DNA of 64,000 nucleotides, from the NCBI GenBank assembly GCA_964387845.1, contig CAYLXA010000007.1, forward strand, positions 1 through 64,000, in the 5' to 3' direction. Both the position numbers and the translations under genes were made by a program. This document shows, piece by piece, positions 39,443 through 51,679 of the stretch. Origin of the DNA: an uncultured bacterium. GTDB lineage: Bacteria > Omnitrophota > Omnitrophia > Omnitrophales > Abzuiibacteriaceae. Below the pieces are notes generated by a model. The model searched no databases. It was given only the letters and a program-made list of their open reading frames with translations, and was not told the DNA's origin. Position 1 is the first letter of the stretch. Each line of letters begins with the position of its first letter.

Positions 39443-40329
39443 TCACGCTCTCGGATGAAACTGATGATGAACCGATTTTAACCGATCCTTCGAGACGTGT
39501 GTATAAATTTGTGTAGTAGAAATATCCGCATGGCCCAACAGCTCCTGCACAACCCGCAAATCCGCACCGCCTTCCAATAAATGTGTCGCAAAAGAATGGC
39601 GAAACGTGTGCGGCGTAATTTTCTTGGAAATACGCGCAAGCTTTGCGTATTTTTTTACAATTGCCCAAATCGCTTGCCGAGTCATCTTCGCTTTCTGGCC
39701 CTTTCCGAGAAATAACGGTTCTCCGCCGGTGGATTTTTTATCCTCCAGGACTTTGAGATAAAATTGAATGGCTTCTTTCGCTTTGCTCCCGAGCGGCACA
39801 ATGCGCTCCTTGCCGCCTTTGCCGAAACATTTCAGAAATCCGGATTCTAAATTGACATCCTGCCGCTTCAGATTTGAAAGTTCGGAAACGCGCACACCCG
39901 AACTGTACAAAAACTCCAAAATCGCTTGGTCGCGCTTGCCTTCCTCCGTCCGGAGATTGGGTGCCTTTAAAATCGAATCCACTTCTTTTTGCGTAAGATA
40001 AGTCGGAAGCCGCTTCCAAAGACGCGGAAGCGTCAAAACATCCGTCACATCGGTTTTGATTCGTTTCTCGCGAGCTAAAAACCGGTGCAGCACTTTGATA
40101 GAAACTAAAAAACGCGCAATCGAAGATGCCTGGATTCCGGCGCCTTTCTCAGAAAATAAAAATTTGGTGATATGGTCGCGCGTGACTTGATTAAAATTGG
40201 AGATTTTTTGCTTCTTGAGAAACGCGGCGTACTTTTTGAGGTCGCGCGAATACGCGAGAATGCTATTTTCCGCGAGGCCGCGCTCTACGGAAAGATACTC
40301 TACGAATAACTGGATTTCGTCTTCGAGCA

Positions 40330-40330
<1 letters not shown>
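39443..40330 (-). CDS. xerD: tyrosine site-specific recombinase XerD/XerC
   Basis: The catalytic region is RHSFATHLLEGGADLRVVQELLGHADISTTQIYTHV. There are no flanking phage genes. Confidence 0.85.
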
Positions 40331-42345
<2,015 letters not shown>

Positions 42346-42403
42346 TTATCTTATCGCTTCAGAAGCAAATAAACAACCGGGACTTCGAAGTGTGCGGAAG
42401 GCG

Positions 42404-43777
42404 TCAGTCGAATTTGTTAATGCCGATCGTGCGGTGAAAGAGAGAGCCGAGGTAGGAGTTACCATTTAGATTCATATCCGTGACAACCACTTGATTGATG
42501 CGGCGCTTTTCGTCTTTGATCGGGTCGGAGCCAATGCGCTCGGCCCAAGTAGAATGGATGATGTAAATTTGCCCGTTTTCCTCGCCCAAGTAGAGCATCA
42601 TGTGTTTCGGCATCTTAAAAAGTGTGATGGCCGGCACGGCACGCTCGCGGACTCTTGCGGCCTTAACTTCCAGTTTTTCGAAGGGTTCAAAATGGCCTAG
42701 CTGCGTTCCAACTCGTACCTGCTGATGGGAGTCTCTCGGAAGCGCCATACCCATACTGCGAAATACGTCAAACGTAAATCCTGAACAGTCGCGCCCGTTG
42801 TACTGCCCGCCCCATCCGTAACGCTCGCCCAACAACTTAAATGCTTGATTGAGAATGTTGCGCTGGGTAAACGGCGGAAAACCAACGCTCACATCGGCGC
42901 CACGTTTTACATAGTGCTTTTTGAGCAATACTTTGCCGCCTTCTCCGCGGTAAGGCATCCAGATAACAAAAGCAGTGTCGGTTCTACTAATTAAAGGGAG
43001 TATAGTGCCCATTGTAACTTTCTGGGCGCGTGATTGAAACTCCGGATCGTTGTAAATCCAAATGCTTTCACCGGTCACGGAAAGAAACGATTTGGATTTC
43101 ACTTTCTCCCGCAATGCTTCGCGGCTTTCAAAAAGCGCAATATTTTTGGACTCGACCCAGCCGCGCACATAATCGGTTTGCATGTAATACCATTTACCGT
43201 CCGAAGTCGTATGCAGAATCGCAACCGGTGTCCAGAGCTTGATCAAAGTAAATTGCAGCATGTCAAACTCCACATCACCCTTCTCTTCCAGCATCTTCAC
43301 CATCGTCGGAAGCGCCCGGACTGACGTTGCCCGTGTGGCAACACCCCATTTCAAACTGATTTTATCCGGCACTTGGTCAAATTGAATGTTCGGCTTTATG
43401 TTTTCATCAAAGTAACTTTTCTTAATGTATTTGTCATCAACACCAAAAAGTTTCCGGTTGGAAACCGTTTCATATTCCGTCTCTAATAGCTTCCGGATTT
43501 GCGAACCGCGCGGCGCTGTCCATTTGAGCGTATCAACCTGATCCGGAATCATCAACCGGATTTCATCGTTAAATTTTTCAAGCTGCTCGGGTGTTTTGAG
43601 AACTTTGTCAGGGTTCGGCAACTTCCGGATCCAATAATCGGCCGACTGCATAGCGGGCGTAGCACTGGTTAAAAGCATCGGCCCTTTCGGAAGCGGCGGC
43701 AGGGTTTCGTCCTGGGCAAACGCAACTGAGGCGGCTAGTAAAATAAAGATGGGGCTCAATAAGAATTTATTTTTCAT
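42404..43777 (-). CDS. secreted NlpC/P60 (C40) family peptidase with N-terminal SH3-like region
   Basis: A signal peptide is present. The C-terminal catalytic region is YGWGGQYNGRDCSGFTFDVF...IIHST. Confidence 0.75.
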   Translation of the reverse strand: MKNKFLLSPIFILLAASVAFAQDETLPPLPKGPMLLTSATPAMQSADYWIRKLPNPDKVLKTPEQLEKFNDEIRLMIPDQVDTLKWTAPRGSQIRKLLETEYETVSNRKLFGVDDKYIKKSYFDENIKPNIQFDQVPDKISLKWGVATRATSVRALPTMVKMLEEKGDVEFDMLQFTLIKLWTPVAILHTTSDGKWYYMQTDYVRGWVESKNIALFESREALREKVKSKSFLSVTGESIWIYNDPEFQSRAQKVTMGTILPLISRTDTAFVIWMPYRGEGGKVLLKKHYVKRGADVSVGFPPFTQRNILNQAFKLLGERYGWGGQYNGRDCSGFTFDVFRSMGMALPRDSHQQVRVGTQLGHFEPFEKLEVKAARVRERAVPAITLFKMPKHMMLYLGEENGQIYIIHSTWAERIGSDPIKDEKRRINQVVVTDMNLNGNSYLGSLFHRTIGINKFD

Positions 43778-43833
43778 GATGTCAAAAGCGTCCCTTATAT
43801 GTCGGCCAAACTGCGGGTTTGCTTAACAAAATC

Positions 43834-44382
43834 TCATGCTTTTCCGAGCTTGATGAGCTGTTTCGGCGTCATGAGCCATTCCAGCGCTGCGCAGCTGTCA
43901 TCCATCAGCATTTCAGTATGCAATTTGGCGAGACTCCCCTTTTTGAATTCAACCGAAACAAACTCTTTGCCGGATATCAGCTTTGCAGTCAAGCGGCTCA
44001 TGAACGGCTCGTGGCCGACCAGCAAAATATCTTCCAAATCGGAATGATAATTTTCAAGTTCGCGGATCAATTTGCTTGGTTCGGCCTCCACTTTTAAAAA
44101 ATTGGAAAGCTGAAGCTTCTTTTTGAGATTCAAAATGTCGGCCACGATTTCGGCTGTCTCGCGGGCGCGGACGTACGGGCTTGATAAAATGAGGTCGAAG
44201 GATAATTTGAGCGCTTTCATGCCTTTGGCGGCTTTCTTCATATCCTGAACGCCATCCTCCGTCAAAGGCCTTTCATCATCGCTGGCGTAGCGGTGGAGGT
44301 TTTTATCTTCCGCTTTTCCGTGCCTCAATAAGTAGAGATTCATGATAAACTGCATTATACAAAAAGAGGGCCGGAATGACAA
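43834..44382 (-). CDS. SixA-like phosphohistidine phosphatase (histidine phosphatase superfamily)
   Basis: The LYLLRHGKAE RHG motif is present. The true start is probably the internal ATG near 44343 (MNLYLLRHG). Confidence 0.65.
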   Translation of the reverse strand: MSFRPSFCIMQFIMNLYLLRHGKAEDKNLHRYASDDERPLTEDGVQDMKKAAKGMKALKLSFDLILSSPYVRARETAEIVADILNLKKKLQLSNFLKVEAEPSKLIRELENYHSDLEDILLVGHEPFMSRLTAKLISGKEFVSVEFKKGSLAKLHTEMLMDDSCAALEWLMTPKQLIKLGKA

Positions 44383-45008
44383 AGCGAGACTTTCGCGAAA
44401 TTGAATTCAAGTGGTCTGTAAAATCTGCAAAAGAATTTGCTATTTTCCTTCATCATGCCAAAAAAATGGGTATCCGAATCGGTCCTGCGAAAAAAATTTC
44501 GATCGTGGATACGTATTTGGATACCCGAAACGGAATGTTTGCAAAATCCGGCATCAAAACCAGAATCCGGCGCGCCAATCAAAAATGGGAGCTGACGCAA
44601 AAGCGTATGAGCAAGCTCCGAAGAGGCCTGGCGAGACGTCAGGAAAAAACAATACGTTTGCCAAATTTTGATTCGGTGATTCAAACCATTCAATATGCTT
44701 CCAAAGAATTCCTTCAGGAATTTTTATGCGGAAAGCATGCCTGCGTGCTTTTCACAATCCGCAATCAACGGATTGCGAGAAAGTTGAAAATAACCCGAAA
44801 GACATCGGCCGAACTCTGCTTTGATCAAACCGTGATAAAACGCGGAAAAAAATCCGTTGTTTTGAAAGAAATCGAACTCGAATTTTTAAAAGGAAGGTTT
44901 TCGGAATTTAAGAAATTTATTTCGGCAATCACCCACTCATCAAGCCTCAAGCCCGCCAAAATTTCCAAAGTTGCGACTGCGCTCAAAACTTTCGGGCTTA
45001 AAACATAA
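44376..45008 (+). CDS. CYTH-domain (triphosphate tunnel metalloenzyme) protein
   Basis: An N-terminal EIEFK motif and a later EIELEF motif are typical of CYTH/CyaB-ThTPase domains. Confidence 0.6.
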   Translation: MTKRDFREIEFKWSVKSAKEFAIFLHHAKKMGIRIGPAKKISIVDTYLDTRNGMFAKSGIKTRIRRANQKWELTQKRMSKLRRGLARRQEKTIRLPNFDSVIQTIQYASKEFLQEFLCGKHACVLFTIRNQRIARKLKITRKTSAELCFDQTVIKRGKKSVVLKEIELEFLKGRFSEFKKFISAITHSSSLKPAKISKVATALKTFGLKT

Positions 45009-45010
45009 CC

Positions 45011-45706
45011 TTACTGCGGCGGAGGAGTCTCGGAAGGTTTTTCGGACTCTTCTTCAGATGAGGGCGCGGATATTTTTGGATCGAATTTTTCCCGTGGTTT
45101 TGCAAACTCTTTCTCAATAATCGCTTTATCGCCAAACCTCATCATGCCCGCCACCAGAGGCCCCGGAAAAGATTGTTTTAACTTATTGCAGGTTTTTGCA
45201 ATGAAATTATAATTTCTCACTTTCGCTTCCAATCTCTCTTCGCACGAATCCAAAGTCGTCCTTGCTACAATGTATTCATGTTTTCTCATTAAATAAGGAT
45301 ATTTGTCGGTGGCCTTTACAAGACGTGTAATAACATTGCCAAATTCAGCCTGGGCAGTTTGAAATTTACCTGTCTTGCCCGGATTAATGTAAAGTTCAGC
45401 CGAAGCTTGAAGCTGCTCAACCTGTAAAGCGATTCGATTGGCTTGAACCATCAAACCCTGATCTTCCTTCTCTTTTTCGTGAGATCCGAAAAGCGAAAAG
45501 ATGGTCGCAATAATTCCCAGGCGCTCCCTGCAGGAAGTGCACAATTCCCTCCAGCCGGTAGTCGCACGGGCATCAGCACTCACCATTTTTGCAAGCACAA
45601 TACAGAATAAAATCGCAAAAATGATATTGGCGCCAACGACCAGGACCAAAAACCCTATGAGCAACTGAATGCCCATTTCGCCTATTGAGCCGGACATTTT
45701 CAGCAT
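45011..45706 (-). CDS. LemA family membrane protein
   Basis: An N-terminal TM segment precedes the LemA C-terminal signature VRNYNFIAKTCNKLKQSFPGPLVAGMMRFGDKAIIEKEF. Confidence 0.6.
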   Translation of the reverse strand: MLKMSGSIGEMGIQLLIGFLVLVVGANIIFAILFCIVLAKMVSADARATTGWRELCTSCRERLGIIATIFSLFGSHEKEKEDQGLMVQANRIALQVEQLQASAELYINPGKTGKFQTAQAEFGNVITRLVKATDKYPYLMRKHEYIVARTTLDSCEERLEAKVRNYNFIAKTCNKLKQSFPGPLVAGMMRFGDKAIIEKEFAKPREKFDPKISAPSSEEESEKPSETPPPQ

Positions 45707-45795
45707 TTTTTAGCGACCTTGGTTGATTGAAATAAGGTGTTCTACAGATAAAGCTTGGTATGGTAATTACGTCGGCTGGATGGATTTCTTGACTT

Positions 45796-45984
45796 TTAAT
45801 CCTGCCGGTCAACTGAAAATGCGACCAGCTCTTCATCTTCAAATTGCGCGGAGATTTGGATGGGCTGGCAGCAAACCGTGCAATCCTGAACAAAAGATTG
45901 CTTCCCGCCGCCTGTTATATCCAAAATAACGCTGTTTAATTGACCGCAGTAAGGGCACTCAAACTCGCAATCCTGCTCAATCAT
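45796..45984 (-). CDS. small CPxCG zinc-ribbon protein
   Basis: Two cysteine motifs are present: CPYCGQ...CTVCCQ. It lies immediately upstream of ppk1. Confidence 0.4.
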   Translation of the reverse strand: MIEQDCEFECPYCGQLNSVILDITGGGKQSFVQDCTVCCQPIQISAQFEDEELVAFSVDRQD

Positions 45985-45993
45985 AGCCGGAGT

Positions 45994-48057
45994 TTACTTG
46001 GGCTTTTGAGGCTTTAATTCGCGTGGCGGAGCTTGCAAGGAAGCTTCCTCGCGGTCAAGGATGCGTTTGCACAAAAATTCCTGGGCGCGGAATTTTTTTC
46101 TTGAATCCGTTTCGACTTTCTGATAATTCCCGTCCGGCAAAAGCTTCCAAGATTTCACGTTGTCCTTAAAATAAATATCCAAAAGCTGAGTTAGTTCTTT
46201 TTTAATTTCCTTGCTTTCGATCGGAAACATGATTTCGACCCGGCGGTCCAGGTTGCGCGGCATCCAATCGGCGCTCGCCAAATAAACCTCATCCTCGCCG
46301 CCATTCTGAAAGTAGAAAATTCTCGCATGCTCGAGAAACATATCTACCAAACTAGTAACTTCAATGTTGTCGCTCAATCCCTGAACGCCCGGTTTTAAGC
46401 AGCAAATGCCGCGCACATTCAACTTGATTTTAACGCCGGCTTTAGACGCGCGGTACAAAGCTTCGATCACTATCGGATCCACAAGCGAGTTCATTTTGGC
46501 CATAATCAGGCCCGGTTTTTCGGTGCTTGAGCGCATGGATTCACGCGTAATCAGCCGGAGAAGTTTGCGCTTGAGCGTAAACGGCGCGACATCGATTTTG
46601 TTCCAACTGGCCGGCTCCGAAAATCCCGTGATCATATTGAAAAACGCAGACAAGTCACCTGCGATACCCTCGTCACATGTAAAGAGACCGACGTCGGAAT
46701 AAAGCCGTGCGGTTTTCTCATTGTAATTACCGGTTGATAAATGCGCGTAGCGCTTAATTCCTTCCGGCTCACGCCTGATGACAAGACATGCTTTGGCGTG
46801 CGTCTTGAGGCCGCGAACACCGTACAACACGTTGGCGCCTGCGATTTCAAGGCGTTTTGCCCATTCAATATTCCTCTCTTCATCAAAGCGGGCTTTGAGC
46901 TCAACGAGTGCTGTCACCTGCTTGCCGTTTTCCGCTGCGCGCTCCAGCGCACGCATGACGGCCGAATCTTTACCTGCTCGATAAAGTGTTTGCTTAATCG
47001 CAAGCACATCCGGATCGGCAGAAGCCGCATTGATAAATTGCAGAAACGCATCAAAAGATTCATAAGGATGCTGAACACAAACATCCTTTTGTTTGATCAA
47101 TTCCCAGATATCGTCGACGTTCGCAAATTCAACTGATGCGCGAGGCCCCCATTCCGGCTGTTTAAACTCATCAAATCCGGGCCGAAAAGCAATTTGTGAA
47201 ATGGTTTTCAAATCAAACCAGCTTTCGACCGGGCAAATCACCTCATCCGAAAATTCAAGCCGGGTCTTCAAAAATTGCGTGAGTACGGCCGAAGCCGCAA
47301 GCTCGGCGCGGACAATATCGCCGTGACGGCGCGCCCGCAATGCCTCACTCATCACCTGCGCAAAGTCATCATCTCTGTCTTCGTCAATATTAAATTCAGC
47401 GCCGCGCGTCAGACGCATCAAACCCTGATCGATGATTTCGTAGCCGGTAAAAAGTTCGCTCGCAAAAAGCGAAACCACATCTTCCAGCAATACAAATGAG
47501 AACCCCGCGCTCTGCGGTAGCGAAATCATGCGCGGAAGATTGCGCGGAATTTCAATGGCGGCAAACTCTTGCTTAACAGCTCCCGGTTTTAAGAGTGAAA
47601 CCACCATATAAAGCGCCAGATTTCCAAGCGTCGGTGTTCTTTCATTTTCGGAAATAGCGATCGGCGTCAGAACCGGAAACAATTCCTTCTCGAAAAAGTG
47701 GCGGATGTAACTTAGTTGAAACTCATTCAGTGCCTGCTTTTTAATGCGGGAAATCCCTGCTTTTTCAAGTTCCGGGATCAATGTCTTAAGAAAATAATCG
47801 TTCTGAACCTGAATCAGCTGATGCGCTTTAGCGCGAACCTGGCGGGCTTCTTCAGACCCGCTTTTGAGGCCCGCAACCCGTACCATGAAAAATTCGTCGA
47901 AATTTGAACTCACAATTCCGATAAATTTTAACCGCTCCAAAAGCGGATTGGCGGCGTCCATTGCTTCCGCTAAAACCCGTTCATTAAACTGAAGCCACGA
48001 AATTTCGCGGTTAAGCAGGCGATCCTGAATATCTTTGTTGATTTCTGAAGTCGGCAT
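45994..48057 (-). CDS. ppk: polyphosphate kinase 1
   Basis: The PPK1 N-terminus is ISWLQFNERVLAEA. PLD-like C-terminal domains are present. The listed start at 48078 is TTG, and I prefer the ATG at 48057 (MPTSEINKD). Confidence 0.9.
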   Translation of the reverse strand: MPTSEINKDIQDRLLNREISWLQFNERVLAEAMDAANPLLERLKFIGIVSSNFDEFFMVRVAGLKSGSEEARQVRAKAHQLIQVQNDYFLKTLIPELEKAGISRIKKQALNEFQLSYIRHFFEKELFPVLTPIAISENERTPTLGNLALYMVVSLLKPGAVKQEFAAIEIPRNLPRMISLPQSAGFSFVLLEDVVSLFASELFTGYEIIDQGLMRLTRGAEFNIDEDRDDDFAQVMSEALRARRHGDIVRAELAASAVLTQFLKTRLEFSDEVICPVESWFDLKTISQIAFRPGFDEFKQPEWGPRASVEFANVDDIWELIKQKDVCVQHPYESFDAFLQFINAASADPDVLAIKQTLYRAGKDSAVMRALERAAENGKQVTALVELKARFDEERNIEWAKRLEIAGANVLYGVRGLKTHAKACLVIRREPEGIKRYAHLSTGNYNEKTARLYSDVGLFTCDEGIAGDLSAFFNMITGFSEPASWNKIDVAPFTLKRKLLRLITRESMRSSTEKPGLIMAKMNSLVDPIVIEALYRASKAGVKIKLNVRGICCLKPGVQGLSDNIEVTSLVDMFLEHARIFYFQNGGEDEVYLASADWMPRNLDRRVEIMFPIESKEIKKELTQLLDIYFKDNVKSWKLLPDGNYQKVETDSRKKFRAQEFLCKRILDREEASLQAPPRELKPQKPK

Positions 48058-48068
48058 CTTGATAATCT

Positions 48069-48135
48069 CAAATTTCAAAATTCAAATATCAAAATCAGAC
48101 TTTTTAAATTTTGATATTTGAAATTTGAATTTTAT
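48069..48135. repeat. AT-rich palindromic intergenic repeat, copy A
   Basis: The stem arms are TTCAAATATCAAAAT and ATTTTGATATTTGAA (15 bp, perfect) around the loop CAGACTTTTTAA, with imperfect outer arms. It fills the ppx-ppk1 intergenic space. Confidence 0.6.
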
Positions 48136-49694
48136 GTTTTTGGCGGTTGACCTTGTTTCAATAAAATCGGCCGGCCGAAAATGTCGGAAAACATGCTGCC
48201 TTTTTTGGATAATCCGTCACGCTCGAGCGTCACATCGCCGATTTCTTCAGGAACCCATAAAACAAACGAATCTTTCTTGGACTCAAGTTCAAACGTACGG
48301 ATTTTTTGCTGATGACTCCGGTCTAATGAATCGGCCACCCGTAAAATAGCCGCAAGTTTTGAAACGGTGGCCCGGTCTTGCTTGGTCAGTGACATGTAGG
48401 CCACATGATCCGGCTGAGGAGACGCGCGGCGGTGATAACGCACAATATTTGAGACAAGATCTTTATCGCTTTTTCGAAGCCCGAAAATTTCGGCGGCATC
48501 GACTAAGTAACTGGAATGTTTATGGTGGCTTGTGGCCGCAATAAACATGCCGATATCGTGCAAAATAGCGGAGACCTCAAGTATCAGCCGGTCACGCGTT
48601 CCGAGCCCGTGCTCCTCTTTCAGCAAATCAAATAATTTAACCGACAAACTGGCGACATGCAGCGAATGGGATTCGTCATATTGATATTTTTTTGCCAAAT
48701 GCTTTGCCGAGTTAATGACCTGCTTTGACAAATCAGTTCTTTTATAGCCCGAAAGCAACTGGGAAAGTTCGATCAAAAGGCCGTCCCGGATACTGACCGC
48801 AGGCACCACAATCTTCTCCGCTTTCGTTTCATTCGCAAAATTAGCATAAATCAAGAGAGACGGATAAAGCGTTTCTGCTTCTACATAAGGAATGCCGTAT
48901 TTATCCACAATTTCTTCGGGGGTTAATTTTGAAAGGCTTGTTACAAATTTCTGGAAATCCTTGTTATCAATAATTGAAAAATCTTCCGCAGGTTTTTCAA
49001 TCAGCTGTTTGGCGGCAAAACGAATGTCGCCGCCTAAAGCAATAAACGTATCAATTTCACCCAGATTATATTCACGGCCCGCATAAACCGCGATTCCGTG
49101 AATGCTGCGCTTTAAAACGCGCTGCATCACTTCCGGTTCGGTCTTGCCTGCAATCGCCTGCTCGGGAAGCCGCACGGACCCGATCGAAAGCATCCGGGTC
49201 AATTCGACAACGCCTTTATTTAAAATAATCATTTCCGTACTTCCGGATCCTACTTCAATCACCAGACAATTCTTTTTACCAAAATCAAATTTATCCTGGA
49301 AGACACGCTCAATCGCAATCAGCACAAGCCGGTTTTCCTCCGCGCCTTCCACGACTTCCACATCAATTCCGGTTTGGACAAACACGCGGTCGACGAAATT
49401 ATCGCGGTTAGAAGCTTCTCGGACAGCGCTCGTCGCAATGGCATGAATATTTTTAATGTTGTAGCCGTCAATAACGGTCTTAAAATTCTTGAGAATTTCG
49501 ATACCGTCACGCATCACGCTGTTGCTGATTCTTCCGGAGGTAAACACATCTTTGCCGAAGGCGACGGGTTTTTGAAGATTCTCAAGATAATGAATTTCAG
49601 ACTTTCCTCCCACTTCGGCAACCGCCATGCGGATTCCGCTCGTTCCGATATCAATCACCGCAACCGGTTGTTTGACCGCTGTCTCCGCAGACAT
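48132..49694 (-). CDS. ppx: exopolyphosphatase/guanosine pentaphosphate phosphohydrolase (Ppx/GppA) with C-terminal HD domain
   Basis: The N-terminal actin-like VAVIDIGTSGIRMAV and a C-terminal HD motif (ILHDIG) are present. The start is taken at ATG 49694 (MSAETAV), 1 nt after the upstream stop. Confidence 0.85.
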   Translation of the reverse strand: MSAETAVKQPVAVIDIGTSGIRMAVAEVGGKSEIHYLENLQKPVAFGKDVFTSGRISNSVMRDGIEILKNFKTVIDGYNIKNIHAIATSAVREASNRDNFVDRVFVQTGIDVEVVEGAEENRLVLIAIERVFQDKFDFGKKNCLVIEVGSGSTEMIILNKGVVELTRMLSIGSVRLPEQAIAGKTEPEVMQRVLKRSIHGIAVYAGREYNLGEIDTFIALGGDIRFAAKQLIEKPAEDFSIIDNKDFQKFVTSLSKLTPEEIVDKYGIPYVEAETLYPSLLIYANFANETKAEKIVVPAVSIRDGLLIELSQLLSGYKRTDLSKQVINSAKHLAKKYQYDESHSLHVASLSVKLFDLLKEEHGLGTRDRLILEVSAILHDIGMFIAATSHHKHSSYLVDAAEIFGLRKSDKDLVSNIVRYHRRASPQPDHVAYMSLTKQDRATVSKLAAILRVADSLDRSHQQKIRTFELESKKDSFVLWVPEEIGDVTLERDGLSKKGSMFSDIFGRPILLKQGQPPKT

Positions 49695-49695
49695 T

Positions 49696-50703
49696 TTAAT
49701 CCCTCTTCTTTTCCTGGTAGTGATCCCACGCCAGTTTGGCAGCGCCCAAAATAATCGCGTCATCTTTGAGCTGTGCCGGCACAACCGCAACGTATTTGGC
49801 GATCGACTGCATGGCATGCTGCCGCATTGATTCGCGCGCTTCGTTCACTACAATACGTGACATCGCTTCTACCAACCCTCCGCCCAAGACAATCATCTCG
49901 GGATTGAGGATATTGACCACATTCGCCATCGCAATACCGAGGATGCGCGACTTTCGGATCATCAGGTCTTTGATTTTTTGATCCCCGGCATCAATCGCAC
50001 GTTTCAATGCGCCGCTTTTAATGTCTTTGATGTCCGTCCCGGACATTTTGTATAGTTTCGGAGCCTGTTGCTTCGCTGCCAAGAGCGCTGCTTCTGAAGC
50101 AATCGCCAAGCGGCCCGCCAATGCCTCCAGACAACCGCGCTTGCCGCATCCGCACATCGGGCCCAGTGGATCCACCAAAATATGCCCGATTTCGCCTGCA
50201 GCGCCAGTAAATCCGCGATACAACGCGCCATTTAATATGAGAGCGCCGCCGATGCCGGTTCCCGGAAAAATACCGACCACATGCTTATGGCCTTTGGCGG
50301 CGCCGAAAACAAGTTCTCCATAGAGGCCTGCATTGACGTCATTTTCGAGGACAACCGGTACTTTAAAGATTTTGGATATTTTTTTTGCAAGCGGATATTG
50401 CTTCAGAAAACGAACATTTGGCGATTCAATCACAACACCGCGATCATCAATAATGCCCGGGCAGCCGATGCCGATGGCTTTCAGATTCTTAAGATCGACG
50501 TCCGATTCATCGGTAACTTGATAAATACTTTCTGCGATATCATCAATAAAATTTTTCCCGCCTTTAGACACTTCGGTTTTCATTTTTGTGGAAGCCAAAA
50601 CGCGGAAATGATCATTCATTAAAGCGGTCAGCATCTTGGTGCCGCCCAAATCAATGCCGACAATATATTTTTTCTTTTTCTTATTTTTTTTCTTTTTTGC
50701 CAT
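49696..50703 (-). CDS. ROK-family glucokinase (candidate polyphosphate glucokinase)
   Basis: The ROK motifs are IVGIDLGGTKM and the zinc site CGCGKRGCLEA. A Lys-rich N-terminus is present. It sits directly upstream of ppx/ppk1. Confidence 0.7.
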   Translation of the reverse strand: MAKKKKNKKKKKYIVGIDLGGTKMLTALMNDHFRVLASTKMKTEVSKGGKNFIDDIAESIYQVTDESDVDLKNLKAIGIGCPGIIDDRGVVIESPNVRFLKQYPLAKKISKIFKVPVVLENDVNAGLYGELVFGAAKGHKHVVGIFPGTGIGGALILNGALYRGFTGAAGEIGHILVDPLGPMCGCGKRGCLEALAGRLAIASEAALLAAKQQAPKLYKMSGTDIKDIKSGALKRAIDAGDQKIKDLMIRKSRILGIAMANVVNILNPEMIVLGGGLVEAMSRIVVNEARESMRQHAMQSIAKYVAVVPAQLKDDAIILGAAKLAWDHYQEKKRD

Positions 50704-50705
50704 CG

Positions 50706-51650
50706 CTAATTCCTTGACACTGCAAGCTCGGGAAAGTTAAGTTTTTGCCAGCCGGTCCCCTGATGACCAAAGCTGAAAAGCTCCGGGTGAAAAATCTCTG
50801 CCAAAATTTCAAATGATTCCAAAAGCCTCGGGCCGGGCCGGTTAAAATATTGATTACCGTCCGCCAAAAACACCTTTCTTTCGCGCACCGCTTTTAACTG
50901 GTTCCAACCGGGCTGCGCAAAAAGCGGTTCTAATTCGGTTTTGGTCCGGGCCATATCAAATCCGCACGGCACAATCATGATCACATCCGGATCTGCTTCT
51001 TTTAACTTTTCCCACTCAAGCCAGGGAGAATGTTTTCCGGCTTCGCCAAATAAATTATCAGCACCGGCTGCTTCCACGAGTTCCGGAACCCAATTACCGG
51101 ACGTCATTAAAGGATCGATCCATTCCAAAAGCACGGTACGCGGACGGTTATTTGCTTGGTGCGCTTTTTTGGCAATGGCTGCCATTTGATTTTCCATATC
51201 CCGGACAAGTTTTTCGCCATTTTGTTTCACACCAAGCTCGCCGGCAATTTTCAAAATATCCGAGAAAACATCTGAAAGTGAATTGGGTTTGAACGAAATG
51301 ATTCTTGCCTTAGATCCCATCATTTCACAAACTGCTTGTTCTACATCCTTCAAACTTACCGCACAAACCTCGCACTGATCCTGAGTCAGGATAAAATCGG
51401 GCGCCAGAGATTTAAGTTTTGCAGAATCGATCTCATAGATAGAGATCGCATTGTGCGCGAGCGATTTGACCGCCCGGTCGATCTCGGAGCTTTTGGCATA
51501 AATATCAATCTTGGGCTTGCTGAGCTGCGGAAGTTCTTTAACGGATCCGGGGAAATCACACTCATGCGAGCGGCCGATTAATTGATCTCGGAGCCCAAGT
51601 GCGCAAATAATTTCTGTTGCGCTCGACAGCAGAGATACAATTTTCGGCAT
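50706..51650 (-). CDS. cobalamin-binding protein, BtuF/TroA-like periplasmic-binding fold
   Basis: The N-terminus is PKIVSLLSSATEIICALGL, the class III SBP family. No obvious signal peptide is present. Confidence 0.55.
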   Translation of the reverse strand: MPKIVSLLSSATEIICALGLRDQLIGRSHECDFPGSVKELPQLSKPKIDIYAKSSEIDRAVKSLAHNAISIYEIDSAKLKSLAPDFILTQDQCEVCAVSLKDVEQAVCEMMGSKARIISFKPNSLSDVFSDILKIAGELGVKQNGEKLVRDMENQMAAIAKKAHQANNRPRTVLLEWIDPLMTSGNWVPELVEAAGADNLFGEAGKHSPWLEWEKLKEADPDVIMIVPCGFDMARTKTELEPLFAQPGWNQLKAVRERKVFLADGNQYFNRPGPRLLESFEILAEIFHPELFSFGHQGTGWQKLNFPELAVSRN

Positions 51651-51679
51651 AAAACACCTTCTGTCGCATTGAACACCCT

